Source: Octopus sinensis
Lineage: Eukaryota
Length of the DNA stretch: 64,000 nucleotides
Reading direction: 5' to 3'
Assembly: GCF_006345805.1 (NCBI RefSeq)
Contig: NC_042999.1
Location: 37,944,001-38,008,000, forward strand
How positions within the stretch are numbered: position 1 is the stretch's first letter; each line of letters begins with the position of its first letter. The notes beneath the pieces were generated by a model. It had not been told where the DNA came from, did not search any database, and worked only from the letters and a program-made list of their open reading frames with translations. Below are positions 13,669-28,425 of the stretch, piece by piece. A program made the position numbers and the translations under genes.

Positions 13669-15172
13669 GTTTAACCTCGCTTGCAATATTATTACAGTGT
13701 CATGCAATTATAAATTATTGCCATGCTTGGCAAACGAGTACCCACCACTGAAGACATCCAACAAGATCGAAATCACATGGTATGGTGGTCTCAAATTTAT
13801 GATGACAGGAGTTATCTCCCGCTTGCAATAAATATCAAGTGCAGAAAGCACACTAAATAAATCAGGAGGAGATGTATTCCTGGAGTTAAATTTACAGTAT
13901 CATCGTCTCTTACAGAACACTCACGTTGAAACGGAGAGAAAAATGACCTTTTCGTTTGTATACAGCTTCTATCTTGAACAGAGATTTTCTAAAGGACTAG
14001 TTTCCATATTAATGCACATATATATACATAGCTTTATTCTAGCATAAATATACATAAGCACATCACATATATATATAATCCTTATTATTATTGTTGCTAG
14101 ACATACACGTATGTACAAACATGTACATTAATGTATTACCATAATATCTTTGAGCATCCAACCATGCCTGAATCTGGTCACAGGTTTGTAACTATGATAT
14201 AAGTTTATGTGGATACTGTGTATTTATGTAATTTATATCGCATAGAAAATATAAATCAAAGTTAAACATGCGTATGTCCTTGTATTAATTCATATATACA
14301 TGCATATATGCATACATTCAAACTCACGATGTTCTTATGGAGAAGATATGCCTGCAAACGTGAAGGTATGTATGCGTTTTTGCAAATTTCTGAATATGTA
14401 GAGAGAGTGTGTTGGGGCGAAAGTAGCGAAAAGATTGAATCTTTATATATGATATATTTGCATTCGTGTGTGTGTGTGTGTGTATGTATGTTTGTGTGCG
14501 CGTGAGTGTTTGAAATAAAGCGAAGGTAGTGGTTGAGGAGAAACAGAAAGAGAGGTGAGCGAAGCAATAATGTAAGGTGTACCATGTAAACCGTGTCCAA
14601 TTATGTTTTAATCATAGAGCAATCTCGCAATAGATCGTGTTACTAATGTCATTTCAACATGAACCGGAGAACAATACCCAAGAGAGTTGCTTAGAACTCA
14701 TTGCAAACCTAACACAGGGCCTAAAATTTCTCCACAAACATAGATGATTAAATAGATCGTGTTCAATATATCGTAAGCTAATGGATTGGATTTCTTTCAC
14801 GATCGAGGTGTCATAAAGAAAGCAAATTAATAGGCCGACCTGCAATGGTATTATATGTGACCTGAGACAAATATAACGGAACTATTAATCTTTTCCAGTG
14901 TACTGCTGATAATGTTGTCCTTAACAGCATTCAGTAAAAATCGCTTCTAGCTTTGCATGAATTTGTCATTTGTTTCAGTCGACGATGATTTCTGAAACAT
15001 ACTCCAGCATTTGATTATATAAAGCCCTTGAGCTTTTGTTTGTAATTTGATTTATGGTATGTTGACAGAGTTGCCATGCTGCTACACACAACCCCATATA
15101 TAAAGTCTATGTGTGCGTGCATATATATATATATGTGTGTGTATGTGTGTATTTATGTGCATATATACATAC

Positions 15173-15231
<59 letters not shown>

Positions 15232-15351
15232 TATATATATTTATATATATATATATATACGTTTATATATATATATATATTATTTGTATATATAACTTCA
15301 GCTTTGTATTTGTCTTTTGCAAATACACGCATACATAGATACACACATACA

Positions 15352-15417
<66 letters not shown>

Positions 15418-16121
15418 TGTGTGTGTGTGTGTGTATCATTGGTGTGTGACAATGACACATGCAGAAAGGAACAGAAAAGTTAGTGCATATATCAGGCAGT
15501 GGAAAAAAGATCTTCCATAATGAGTTAAGATCCAGGACTGACGACAGGTGCTGCTTAATTTGTCACTTCGTATTTATGAGTTCAAATCTGAAAAATATTT
15601 TGCATTGTCATTGCACATTAATACAGCTGATTATTGCTATTCTTGTAGGGCTAAAATTGCAGGGCCCTAATGCCGAGGATCAAACAAAAAATTTTGTGCG
15701 TCGGAGAAATGCAGGATGGTATTGGAATTCTGTGTTCAAATTCTATTGAGGCCATATTTTCAACGTCTCTTTCCCAGGGTCGAGGAATTACAGTGCCAAA
15801 TTTGAAATGAAGTATTGAGATCGTTCTTCTCACTCGTAATATGAACCCCAACTTCAGCTGCGCTGCACTTTGAAGGAAGTGTGAAGGATATTTCACAATA
15901 TACCTTTAGTTGAAGACCAAACATTTTTTATCGTAATAGAAGAATGTAGTGACAAAGCTCGGGCAGAATATATAGCACGATGGTAGTGATATGAAGCTAA
16001 GTAAAATCTTGTTGACCTCATTTCCTCGTACACACGCACACAGAAACACACATACACACGCATATATGTATATAAGCACACCGACACACACGCACACGCA
16101 CGCACACACATACAATACGCG

Positions 16122-16152
<31 letters not shown>

Positions 16153-16153
16153 G

Positions 16154-16192
<39 letters not shown>

Positions 16193-17431
16193 AGAAAACA
16201 TTCATATATATGTAATCTATTTAGTAGATATAGAAATAGGGAACAAGCTGTTTCTCAGCAGATTGAAAGAAAGATAACGAGAAACCTTAATCGAGTTTTC
16301 GAAACTTATAGAACTCTCATCGGAGGTGTTTACATCAGCCTTGATCAATCCCAGAGAAAGAAGCAGCTATTTCTATCTCTCACTCTTTGCCCCTCTCTCT
16401 CACTTTATAGATATATAATGTATACGTGTGTGTTTGTGTGTGTCTCTGAGTACGTGTGCATGTGTGTGTTTTCGTATGTGTTTATGATGGCTCTCTCAGG
16501 AATGTCTTCAGTCATGGAGTCAGCTACTGTGACCAGCACGGAGGGCGACACAAACATTTCACAGGCAGTAAAAATTCTAAATGGCAACGCAATTCTGCAA
16601 AGAGATCACAAAGCAATATAAAAGCCTGCTGAGAACAACATGCAAAGAAAAGCTGTTCATAGCAACAATGTGCGGGGAACTAAGTAGTTATATTCTGAGG
16701 TAATTCAGAACAAGAAAAAAAAGGTAATAATGTCTTAAGGAACAATCGTTTTCAGTCACCTAGAGAATTTCTTCCAATTATAGCCACGACATAGCATTAT
16801 ACCAACAAGAGAGCTCGATGCAATCCTACTCTGTTACACCACGAAGATTGTCTCGGTGTGACAGATGAGATAGTGGGCCTAACAGATATGTGTAAACTAC
16901 CCAGAAACCTGGAGCTGTGGTTCTCAACCGGGGTTCACATCACTTTTGGGAATCCATATAAAATTAGTTTTAGTTAAAATTTATGTGAAATAAATTACCC
17001 ATACTTCTTCAGTGTTCCACATGCCTTAACATCTTTTATGCAATTCCTAATAAAATATATTCTAATTCTCAAACAAAATATTGGGAATAAATCTCGAGTA
17101 GTTAGGAGGATCCACCTGAGTAAAAGAGGAATCAAAGTGAGTCTATAGGCGAAAATGGTAGAGAATTACTTACCAACAGTAAACACGCAATATTTACATA
17201 TGTATATACATATATACATACACTTATATACACACGCATGCACGCGCACTCACGCGCACGCATGCATACACATACATATACACATACATATACACATATA
17301 TATTCATACATATATACACACATGTATAAATATATATATACATACATATATACATATATATATATATACATACGTATATATATACATACATATATTTATA
17401 TATATATATACATACATATATATATACATAT

Positions 17432-17742
17432 GTGGAGGTGCAATGGCCCAGTGGTTAGGGCAGCGGACTCGCGGTCGTAGGATCGTGGTTTCGATTCCCA
17501 GGCCGGGCGTTGTGAGTGTTTATTGAGCGAAAACACCTAAAAGCACCACGAGGCTCCGGCTGGGGGTGGTGATCCCTGCTGTACTCTTTCACCAATCTTT
17601 CTCCCACTCTTTCTTCTGTTGGCCTGCTCGCTTAGCCAGTGGGGTGGCGTCATTCGAAGGCTAAAAAAAACAATGCGAACGCATTGTGACCAGCGATGTG
17701 TAACAACATTTGATGGTCTGGTCGGTCACGTGATCACGTGAT
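17432..17742 (+). mobile_element. tRNA-derived SINE, family C (tail type 1)
   Basis: tggcccagtggttagggcagcgg (A box), ggtttcgattcc (B box), ends gtcacgtgatcacgtg; homologue on the minus strand at 63366-63661. Confidence 0.92.
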
Positions 17743-17902
17743 ATATACATATATATACATATATAGATAAATTTGAAAATCATAAGGATCTAAGAGCACA
17801 TCTTCCTGGTCACATCGACGTTAATATTTGATGCTGTCCTCCAGCTAAGGATGTTCTTCACAGTTACATCTAAGATATTGATATTAGTTCAAGTCATAAG
17901 CC

Positions 17903-18285
17903 GGCGTGGTGTCAGGATCGTTAGCTCGCCGCACAAAATATTAGCGGTATTTCATCTGTATCTAAATTCTGAGTTCAAATTCCACCAAAGTGGACTTGCC
18001 TTTCATCCTTTCGTGGTTGATAAAATAAGTACCAGCTGGGCACCGAGGGCGATGTAATTGACTTGTCCAGCCAGGCCCCACAAAATGTCAGGTTTTGAGC
18101 CTATAGTGACAAAAAGCTTAGCGATATTTCGTCTATCTTTACATTCTGAGTTCAAATTATGCCGAGGTCGACTTTGCCTTTCAGCCTTTCGGGGTTGATA
18201 AAATAAGTACCAGCTGAACACTGGGATCGATGTAATCGACTAGCTCCACTCACCCAAAATTTCAGGTCTTGTGCCTATAGTAGGA
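17903..18285 (+). mobile_element. SINE family B dimer
   Basis: Two consecutive ctgagttcaaatt...gactttgcctttca...gatgtaat bodies. Confidence 0.85.
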
Positions 18286-18610
18286 GGCTCTTCCCAGAGA
18301 AGAGAATATGTTACTTTAAGTATATTATCTTTTCGAAACTGAACTGAATAAAATTTTATTCCATAATGTTCTGTTCTGCCCATTAAATCAAGGCAGAGAT
18401 CAAACTGAGTACAAACCACTAATGGCTTTTAATTGTCTTGATCTAACTCTGGCGATCATATGTTTTCATTTCACTAAGAAACAATCTTCTGCAATAACTT
18501 TCCACAAAAATTAATAGAGAGATTAATAGAGAGATTTCTTTCTCAAGAGAATATTGTTGATTCCATAGAAGGCCTTGTTGAAATTAAGAGTTATGTCATC
18601 AAGGTTGGAC

Positions 18611-18611
18611 T

Positions 18612-18668
<57 letters not shown>

Positions 18669-18674
18669 CTTTCT

Positions 18675-18709
<35 letters not shown>

Positions 18710-18760
18710 CTTTCTTTCTTTCTTTTTCTTTCTTTCTTCTTTCTTTCTTTCTTTCTTTCT

Positions 18761-18790
<30 letters not shown>
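18611..18790. repeat. (TTTC)n microsatellite
   Basis: Directly visible. Confidence 0.97.
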
Positions 18791-18791
<1 letters not shown>

Positions 18792-18989
18792 GTCTGTGTG
18801 TCTCTGAATGTATTTAAATTCTCATGAAAGTAGTGCAGAAGCTGTGTTAACCAGTCTTTGCCACGTGAAAACTACTGGTAGGATTTACGAGATTTATTTT
18901 TCTTTTTGCTCTCTAGAAAATCAGTTATTCTTGATCTCACCACCTTCTCAAATATTTTAATGATATGAAAGGTGAGATTGGACTGTAAT

Positions 18990-20330
18990 TTACTGCCAGA
19001 AATTACCCATCAATAAATTGACTATTAAATTCTTTTGAAGTTGACCTATTTGATCTTGTTAGAAACATTAAATTTTCAAAATATAAAACTCTAAAATTCT
19101 TCCTACAAGGATCTTCATACATACATACATACATATGTGTGTGTATATACGAGTTGAATAAGTGAGATACTTATTTATATAATATCATAGATATAATATA
19201 ATATTATGTGTAGTGCGTGAATCTGTTACTTGTCAATGTGTGTAAATATTTATTTTTAAAAGTTCTATTGCGGGAGAATGATATAGTGAAGAATCTTTTA
19301 TTTTGATAAACAGAAGGAAACCCCTGGCAACGACAATAAATTTAGCTGTAAATCAAATAAGTGCCCATCAGTAAATTGACTTTTCAATTCTTTTGAAGAT
19401 GACCTATGTGCTCTTCTTAGAAACACTAAACTTAGAAACGCTATAATTCTTTTTAGTAGGATGTTAATAAAAACGAAATATGAGAAATACAATATTCTAG
19501 GAATATCAACCTGTATTTAGATAAAACTGGAAACCTGCTCTACGTAAATAACGAATCTCACTATTGTTTTGCCTTCATTTCTATCACAATTACCTATACA
19601 AAGAACATATGAGATATTTGAATGACATTAACAACAGAAGCCTCCGGAATACCTCAAGTCTAAATAAACATAATGAATCAGAACCACTCACTCTTGATCA
19701 GCCCTATTATACTCCTGAAGACCACAAAACTAATTTCAATGACAAGCCATCAATAAGACTAATTAATCCTACAGAATTGAGCTTAATTATAATTAGAAAA
19801 CAATTTCTAGATAAGACTTTACCTAAGGTTAAGCAGGTTTCTCCATTAAGCTTTTCGAAAAAGACTCAAGGTCTCTAATTAATTGCTTTAAATCTTAACT
19901 TTAAACTCATGAAATTCGACATTAATGATTACTACGCTTCCATCACTAAAACTCGGTGAATTGAAGTACTTAACATTTCTACTATTACTGTTAATGAAAT
20001 AGAAGACAATAATGCAAACAAGAAAACCTGGCATGTATTACAACGGATCATTATGGATTAAAATTTCTTCTAGAATCCCCTTCATTAACGCTATGAAAGG
20101 AAACTATTCAACTGAAATTAGAAATCTTATCTGTTTGCTTCTACTCTTTAATCTCAAAGATAAAGTCCACAATGTACAGGCAGTCTCCATAGTTGCGGCC
20201 ATCTATTGCAGTTCACCAATTCTAACTTTTGGACTGTAGAGAGAATTACAAAATATTTACACCACTTTTTAAGAATGTACTACTACATATTACATAGAAA
20301 TTAATCGCACAGTATGTAATTTATTTGATA
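18990..20330 (+). pseudogene. Decayed Penelope-like element reverse transcriptase
   Basis: SFEDDL..L.RN.K (present twice, ~19030 and ~19390), YTPEDHKTNFNDKPSIRLINP (cf. TLKDHK.NF...P.CRLINP), FKLMKFDINDYYASIT (cf. FDI..FYPSI) and GL*RE (cf. GLYRDD). Confidence 0.8.
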
Positions 20331-21997
20331 CAACTCTTAATACTGCTAATAATTTATACTATCCAATTCGCGAACATAATAAATCACTGAATTATATGTA
20401 TAGACATCTTAACTACCTAAAGGCTATTATAAATTGTTTAGTAAAGAACGTCTCACTTAAACATTATTATATTTCTGCTAATGGATAGATACTTAAATAT
20501 TCTGCGACATATTACAATAAAACCTCATAGAAGCGCATGTCATAAAAGATATTTATTTTACTAAATTTATTATACTAGAGAAGTTAGTCGTTGAAATAGA
20601 AAAAATGAATAATCGCTGGTTCAATTTTCCGCGTAAGTTGCATGTTATCGCCCCTTAGTTTAGACACCTTCAACCGCAACCATATTTTATAATACATTTA
20701 ATAAATACACGATCAAAATCTTGTATTCTACAGCATCTAACATTCCCCAAATTATGCCTTGTGTCTAAAATATATAACTGAATTGTAATCGAAAAAGCCT
20801 ATTAAATCTTAATTGCTTAGTAAAGAACATTGTATACCATATTGCAAATTCAGCGAATTCAGCGAAGACATACGTTGGTTCTGTTGCTAAGGAGATTAAG
20901 GCGTAACATACATAAACACACCTTTTGTGACGTCTCTTCTCTTTCATATTAGAAATATAGCACTAAGTTGGCTGCCTAATTTTAAAATGAGAATCATATT
21001 AATTCTGCAAAAATTTATTATTTTAAGCACAATTTTTATATTAATCCAAGGAGAAGTAACGCACAGCCTATCTTAACATTTTGTCTGCATTTCATAAACC
21101 ATCATAACAAAAATGATACACATACACGTGTATTTAATGTGTATGTGTGTACATGTGTATGTGTGTACATGTGTATGTGTGTACATGTGTATGTGTGTAC
21201 ATGTGTATGTGTATCTATGGTCACACACACACACATATTGGACATTTCAAGTTGTACTGCGGAAGACAATGAAAAGATTTGCGAAGTACGTGGAAGAGGC
21301 GGATAAATATAAGGACTGAGTCTTGAAGGCTCATTATAATCTCATAAAGATGAGCAGCACAGGATTTACAAGATACTTCTCAGTGAGCAAAGATCTTAGC
21401 CAATGGGGCTAAAAAGCAGTATCTAAGAAACGGACTATTTAATCTTGACACAAAATGGCAGAAAAAGCTAGCAAATATCTCTAGATTATGAAATCTGTTC
21501 TGTGGGTCTGATTTATGTGTTTTGATCTGTGTGAGTGTGCCTGAAGCCGTATGCATAAATTTAAGTGTTCATAAATGTTTGTGTGCTTCTGCTTCAACGA
21601 CTACTTGCTCGAGTGCACAGGTTTGGATATGTGCTTAACTATTTTATGTTTATTTGTTTGTGTATACAGGTCTTGTATATGTCTATGTGTATATTTTTTC
21701 GCGTATAGATATGCGTTTATAAGTGTCACCTTTTTGAATATATGCTCGAGTGTCTCTCTCTTCGTGTGTGTCCGTTTATAAGTCTCATTTGTGTGTGTGT
21801 TTGTGTATGTGTGTGTGTGTGAGTGTGTCCTAGCATGTCTTTGTCAGGGCGTATGTATCTTTCTTTTAGCTTTTACTTATATCAGTTATTGGACAGTGAC
21901 CATGCTCCGGCACTGCTTTGAAGGTTTTATTCGACCAAATCGACTACCTAACTTATTGTTTAACTGCTTATAATACATACATACGTGTACATACATA

Positions 21998-22094
<97 letters not shown>

Positions 22095-22520
22095 ATTTAG
22101 AGACAAACCGCTAATTAGTTATTCCAGGAATAGTGAAAAGATATTAGAAATTAATTATTTATCATATAATTATTCTAAAGATCTCATAACAAGTCGTTAT
22201 AAATGCAAGACGTGACTGCCACAGATGATCTGGTTTGGTGAAAGTGCATCCTCAGGCTGGGAAGGGTTCCATCACAAATGTTTCCCTGAAGCGAAGGGCT
22301 AGCAAACATTCAGACTCCCTACGACTGCTGATACTTTAGAATGTTCAAATAAGGCCCGTTGTGTTGCATGTGGAACAGTTCTGCAGTTATCCACATAGGC
22401 AGTCTGGACTGCATTAAGAAAACCACCCCTGTATTATCTGGAAATTAATCACTAACTGACACGCTCCAGTCTCTGGTCGACATACATGCTATCCCTTCTC
22501 TCTCTCTTTTTTAACGCCAC

Positions 22521-23900
22521 CATACTGATCTCTGTACATTGGGGTTGGATGATCTCGTGACTCCACCATACTGATCTCTGTACCTTGGGGTTGGATGATC
22601 TCGTGACTCCACCATACTGATCTCTGTACATTGGGGTTGGATGATCTCGTGACTCCACCATACTGATCTCTGTACCTTGGGGTTGGATGATCTCGTGACT
22701 CCACCATACTGATCTCTGTACCTTGGAGTTGGATGATCTCGTGACTCCACCATACTGATCTCTGTACCTTGGGGTTGGATGATCTCGTGACTCCACCATA
22801 CTGATCTCTGTACCTTGGGGTTGGATGATCTGATGACTCCACCATACTGATCACTGTACCTTGGGGTTGGATGATCTCGTGACTCCATCATACTGATCTC
22901 TGTACCTTGGGGTTGGATGATCTCGTGACTCCACCATACTGATCTCTGTACCTTGGGGTTGGATGATCTCTTGACTCCACCAAACTGATCTCTGTACCTT
23001 GGGGTTGGAGGATCTCGTGACACTACCATACTGATCTCTGTACCTTGGGGTTGGATGATCTCGTGACTCCACCATACTGATCTCTGTACCTTGGGGTTGG
23101 ATGATCTCGTGACTCCATCATACTGATCTCTGTACATTGGGGTTGAGTGATCTCATGACTCCATCATACTGATCTCTGTACATTGGGGTTGGATGATCTC
23201 GTGACTCCACCATACTGATCTCTGTACATTGGGGTTGGATGATCTCGTGACTCCACCATACTGATCTCTGTACCGTGGGGTTGGATGATCTCGTGACTCC
23301 ACCATACTGATCTCTGTACCGTGGGGTTGGATGATCTCGGGACTCTACCATACTGATCTCTGTACCGTGGGGTTGGATGATCTCGTGACTCCACCAAACT
23401 GATCTCTGTTCCTTGGGGCTGGAGGATCTCGTGACACTACCATACTGATCTCTGTACCTTGGGGTTGGATGATCTCGTGACTCCACCATACTGATCTCTG
23501 TACCGTGGGGTTGGATGATCTCGGGACTCTACCATACTGATCTCTGTACCTTGGGGTTGGATGATCTCGTGACTCCACCAAACTGATCTCTGTTCCTTGG
23601 GGCTGGAGGATCTCGTGACACTACCATACTGATCTCTGTACCTTGGGGTTGGATGATCTCGTGACTCCACCATACTGATCTCTGTACCGTGGGGTTGGAT
23701 GATCTCGGGACTCCACCATACTGATCTCTGTACCGTGGGGTTGGATGATCTCGTGACTCCACCATACTGATCTCTGTACATTGGGGTTGGATGATCTCGT
23801 GACTCCACCATACTGATCTCTGTACCGTGGGGTTGGATGATCTCGGGACTCTACCATACTGATCTCTGTACCTTGGGGTTGGATGATCTCGTGACTCCAC
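22521..23900. repeat. 46-bp minisatellite, 30 copies
   Basis: Unit catactgatctctgtaccttggggttggatgatctcgtgactccac; 1380 bp = 30 x 46. Explains the MVESRDHPTPRYRDQ ORFs. Confidence 0.97.
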
Positions 23901-24426
23901 CGAACGGATATCACTGTCTCATTTATTTTTCTGCTTCTTGTTACTCTTGATGCTTCTACGCATTCTTTTGTCTCCCCCCTATATATGCTTCTGTATGTGT
24001 GTTCAATCCTTTCTCCATTGAACATCGGCCCATTTCTGTTTTTTCCCTCTAATGTATTCCCTGCAAGTTTTGACCCGCAACCCTTTAAATGCCATCTCGG
24101 CGGATGTCATACGAGGAGAGATCAAGGGTTTGGTGTTTCTTTCAGACTCATTAAGTAAAAATATAAGATATATCCACATGCATATGCATGTTTATGCGTG
24201 TGTGCATGTGCATGTGCGTGCAATATATGTGTTTGTACTTCACAACTGCCAATATGTTTATGTTTCCATAATTTAGCATTGCGGCAATTAGTAAGCAGTA
24301 TAATGAGTACGGAACTTCAAATAAGTACCTACTTTGAAGTGTGGCCGCATGGTGAATGAGTGAAACAAGTAAAATAAAAAGGAATTTATGAATGCCTTAT
24401 ACTTAAGGGAAAGGAAACAAAATGTT

Positions 24427-24661
24427 AAGGCTGCGTGATGGCAGAAACGTTAGCACGCCCGGCGAAATGCTTAGCAGTATTTCGTCTGCTGTTACGCTCT
24501 GAGTTCAAATTCCGCCGAGGTCGACTTTGCCTTTCATACTTTTGGGGTCGATAAATTAAGTACTAGTTGCGCACTGGGGTCGATGTAATCGACATAACCA
24601 TTTTGTCTGTCCTTGTTTTTCCCCTCTGTGTTTAGCCCCTTGTGGGCAATAATGAAATAGG
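24427..24661 (+). mobile_element. SINE family B
   Basis: ggcagaaacgttagcacgcccggcgaaatgcttagc...gggtcgatgtaatcgac; aggaaacaaaa..ttaag on both flanks (TSD-like). Confidence 0.9.
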
Positions 24662-25091
24662 AAACAAAACTTTAAGAAATAGGGTAAATGATTTTTATGC
24701 TTTATTACAAATTATCATTACGTATCATTGAAAATGTACAGCTTGAACGGTGGAATGAGGATTGAAACACCGAGCTCTGAGTCTTGGGTCAAATGTTAAT
24801 CACAAGTCCTAAAAAAGCTGGCAAATTTTACTGTCAAAACAAAGCTAAAAATACTTCATTTCCAAACTGAAATTAAAAATTACGCTAAAAACAAAATAAT
24901 ACATCAGCATTCAGATTAAGTTCATATCTTCCAATAGAAATAACCACATTCTTTCTGATCAATATTATCGATCCTGCTTTAATATTCAATTCAATTGATT
25001 CCCGACATAATTTAAAACAATAATCCGAAATCTAAATTTCTTTTTTCTTCTCTCTTACGATCACTGTTGTTATTAATATTTTTGTTTTTAT

Positions 25092-25142
25092 TTGTTGTTG
25101 TTGTTGTTATTATTATTATTATTGTTGTTGTTGTTGTTGTTG

Positions 25143-25192
<50 letters not shown>

Positions 25193-25290
25193 GTTATTAT
25201 TGTTCTTCTTCTTCTTCTTCTTCTTATTATTATTATTATTCTTATTCTTCTTCTTCTTCTTCTTATTATTATCATTATTATTATTATTAA
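25092..25290. repeat. Compound (TTG)/(TTA)/(TTC) microsatellite
   Basis: Directly visible. Confidence 0.96.
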
Positions 25291-25486
25291 TGCTTTCTTT
25301 AATTCTTTGCGTTTGAATTCCAAAGATTAAGGGATTTTCTCAACGTTAGCGTTGCAAAGCAAATAAATCAAATGAGGATTTTCTAGTATTTTTCACTAAG
25401 GTTTTTTCATATTCCTCTCCAACTCTCTCTCTCTCCCATGTTTCTCTCACTCTCTCTTAATTTCTCTCCATATTACTTTCTCCATT

Positions 25487-25535
<49 letters not shown>

Positions 25536-26357
25536 ATATATCTTTGTCTCTTGAAGCTTCTACTTTCATCCTTTTTTTATTAATTTTCTCTCCTTTCTGA
25601 AGAAAATAAATGAAGGCATTTGGGGCGAAATCTTTCACATGTGTTCACTTAGTCATATCATGATAAAAACACATTTATTAGCATACTTCTTTGTGGATTA
25701 ATATCAATATCAGTCCATGAAAAGCATTGGCTTGCTGATAATATTATATTCTTTGTGACTCAACTACTGTAGAACATCACGTTTCATGCATTTGCTAATA
25801 AACATTTTTGGTGTTTTGTGTTTTTTTTTCTGTGGTTATGCCATTTCTATTATACTTTACGATGTCCGAAATATTGTAATCTATATACACATATATCTAC
25901 TGAATCACGGACTGTAATAACGAACTAGAGGTTTAATAATCAGGTTTTCTAGCCACCACGAAAGAATATGAAATGCAATAATAGATTTCTTCTGTTCTTT
26001 TGCTGACCTTAGTCATGGAACTGAGGTCAAATTGGGAGACCCTTTTTTGAATGGTGAGTAGGTTTTCGTCAATCATATCGATCCGAGGACTTTGCTTAGA
26101 ACTTTGTATCGACCTTGGAGAAATATAAAAGACAATGTTGACTGAGCGTAACCGAGACGGATCGAATCATCACATTCTTTTATTGTCGATACATCGATTC
26201 CACGCCGACACACACATACATGCAGTTACATACACGGAATGTTTGTTAGGAAGAAGTTGGTATCTCTGAAACTTCGACATTGCTGCCATTATTCTAAACA
26301 TATCATATTACATATTGGTGAAATATCAAACGCATAATACCGTTTGATATTTCTATC

Positions 26358-26573
26358 CTTTACTCTTTACTCTTTTACTTGTTTCATTCATTTGACTGCG
26401 GCCATGCTGGGGTACCGTCTTTAGTCGAGCAAATCGACCCCGGGACTTATTCTTTGTAAGCCCAGTACTTATTCTATCGGTCTCTTTTGCCGAACCGCTG
26501 CGTGACGGGGACGTAAACACACCAGCATCGGTTGTCAAGCAATGCTAGGGGGACAAACACAGACACACAAACT

Positions 26574-26628
<55 letters not shown>

Positions 26629-26791
26629 GACAGGCTTCTTTCAGTTTCCGTCTACCAAATCCACTCACAAGACATTGGTCGGCCCGGGGCTATAGCAGAA
26701 GACACTTACCCAAGATGCCACGCAGTGGGACTGAACCCGGAACCATGTGGTTGGTTAGCAAGCTACTTACCACACAGCCACTCCTGCGCCT
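26358..26791 (-). mobile_element. SINE family A, near full length
   Basis: Minus strand begins aggcgcaggagtggctgtgtggtaag...ggttccgggttcagtcccac and ends in an (agtaaa)n tail. Confidence 0.93.
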
Positions 26792-27019
26792 TTGTCCAAT
26801 TAAAATAAAAAAATATCCCCTCGAAATTACAAAGACTAAAAATGAAAACAGTATGCAAATAGCGAAATAAGACGACCGGTAATCGAGGCGCATGGGGTCA
26901 AATAAACCTACATGTAGCCAACAAACACTTATGTCTCTGAACTCAGTATGAGAAAAAACAATAAATTAAAAAGAAAAAAGAAAAGAAACGTGTAGACCTG
27001 TAAAAACTTGCGTTTAAAA

Positions 27020-27760
27020 TACTTCTCAAGCAGTTGCAAGGAATCGTGTCGGTGAGAATGACGAAAATTTTGACACGTCATGAAATGAAATAAAATTGAA
27101 AGTGTATTTGACAGCATTGTATGTCAGAAAACGTCTTCTAAACAATGTAGCTGCTTTAGTTTTAAGACACGGTCTCAGAGCAAGTACAACATTGACATTT
27201 TGAAAACTTCATCTATGAAAATTTCTTTGAAGAATGCTGTTCGATATCTAAATAAAAATAACAAAAATTACACAACTTCACATTATAAAACACGGCATCT
27301 TACACAAAAACAACTTTGAGTAGATTCACACGGCATCCGAGAAACTAAACCCGCGGAAAAGACATGTTTCCAGATTCAAGCATATCTTAATAATGTAACT
27401 GACAGCAAGTCTATTCAACGAGCTGACTATTAGAAATCATTTAAAAGAAGAAGCTTTCTCTGAAGTTAAAAGCACAGAATTACTAGACACTTCAATTGTT
27501 GTAAATGTGTAAAGCAGGCCCTCAGATTATCATCTGCAAACAATTGTGAAAGGATGAAAAATGACAGAACTTCCTTATGGCAATGTTTTGTTTGAACAAT
27601 CCTACTTTAGTTTGGCTACATTCTTTATGTTTAAAATGTCAAAATTGTTTCCTTAGATTTGCAAAATCTGGTATTCATTTTACTAGAAATATCAGCTTGA
27701 TATGCCACATCTCCACGAATAAAATTCAATGTCATTTGCTAGTTAGTCATCATGATTTTA
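27020..27760 (-). pseudogene. Decayed hAT (Charlie/Buster-like) transposase C-terminal part
   Basis: VAYQADISSKMN...LQI*GNN (cf. LAYLADIF.KLN.L.LQG.N), and a TYLCE.GFS-like segment further downstream. Confidence 0.55.
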
Positions 27761-28425
27761 AAAGCAACATTCAGCAAGTGTCGTAAAACTGGAAACGTTT
27801 GACAGCTATCGAACTTCAGTATGAAGTATAAATAACCCAAGATGACAACCAATCTGCATTTAATTTATTAATAGAGTATTTCTATCAAAAACTATCAGTA
27901 ACTATTTCTGATGTTAGTTTAGAAGTGATTAAGGTGGTGGATTGGCAAAATCGTAAGGATGCTAAAGAAAATATGTTGCAATATTTGGGATACGGCTCTT
28001 TACGCTCTGTGTTGGAATCCCACCGAGATTAACGTTGCTTTTCATTCCCCACAGGTCAATAAAACAGAGTACCACAGATTGATGATACCGGCTAGCCTCC
28101 TCAAATCAAAATTATGAGCCTTCTGACAAAATTAGAGACAATTATATTATTATATCAATATTTGCAAGAACTCATTGCATTTTGCCCTTCGTAAAACTAC
28201 AGGAGTAATTCTGCATTAAGACATATAACCCCTCTTAATACTTGAATATTTTTGAATTTTCAGAAAATTTTAATTAATTTGTATTCTACACACGGGAATT
28301 CGCATGACTAAGAAAATAATTTAAAAACAATTTTTCGGAATTAAAAAAAAGCTTTCGAATTTTTGTTAAAATCACATTTCAAAATACGGAAATTCCGAAG
28401 TTTTGGCTTAAATTTCAGCAATATA

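Noticed and set aside
15076-15520. ORFs rich in YI/HT/CV dipeptides here and throughout the window
   Set aside because: Translations of (TA)n, (CA)n and (TACA)n microsatellites.
16500-16719. Possible exon between ctctctcag and gag/gtaatt
   Set aside because: Stop codons in all three frames; probably a decayed TE segment.
17432-17510. tRNA-like sequence with A and B boxes (also heads of other SINE copies)
   Set aside because: Continues into SINE body and tail; not a standalone tRNA gene.
22521-23900. CRISPR-like appearance of the short repeat array
   Set aside because: No unique spacers, and the context is eukaryotic.
22452-24025. Many overlapping ORFs up to 208 aa (MVESRDHPTPRYRDQ...)
   Set aside because: Translation of the 46-bp minisatellite; the same peptide cycles through all three frames.
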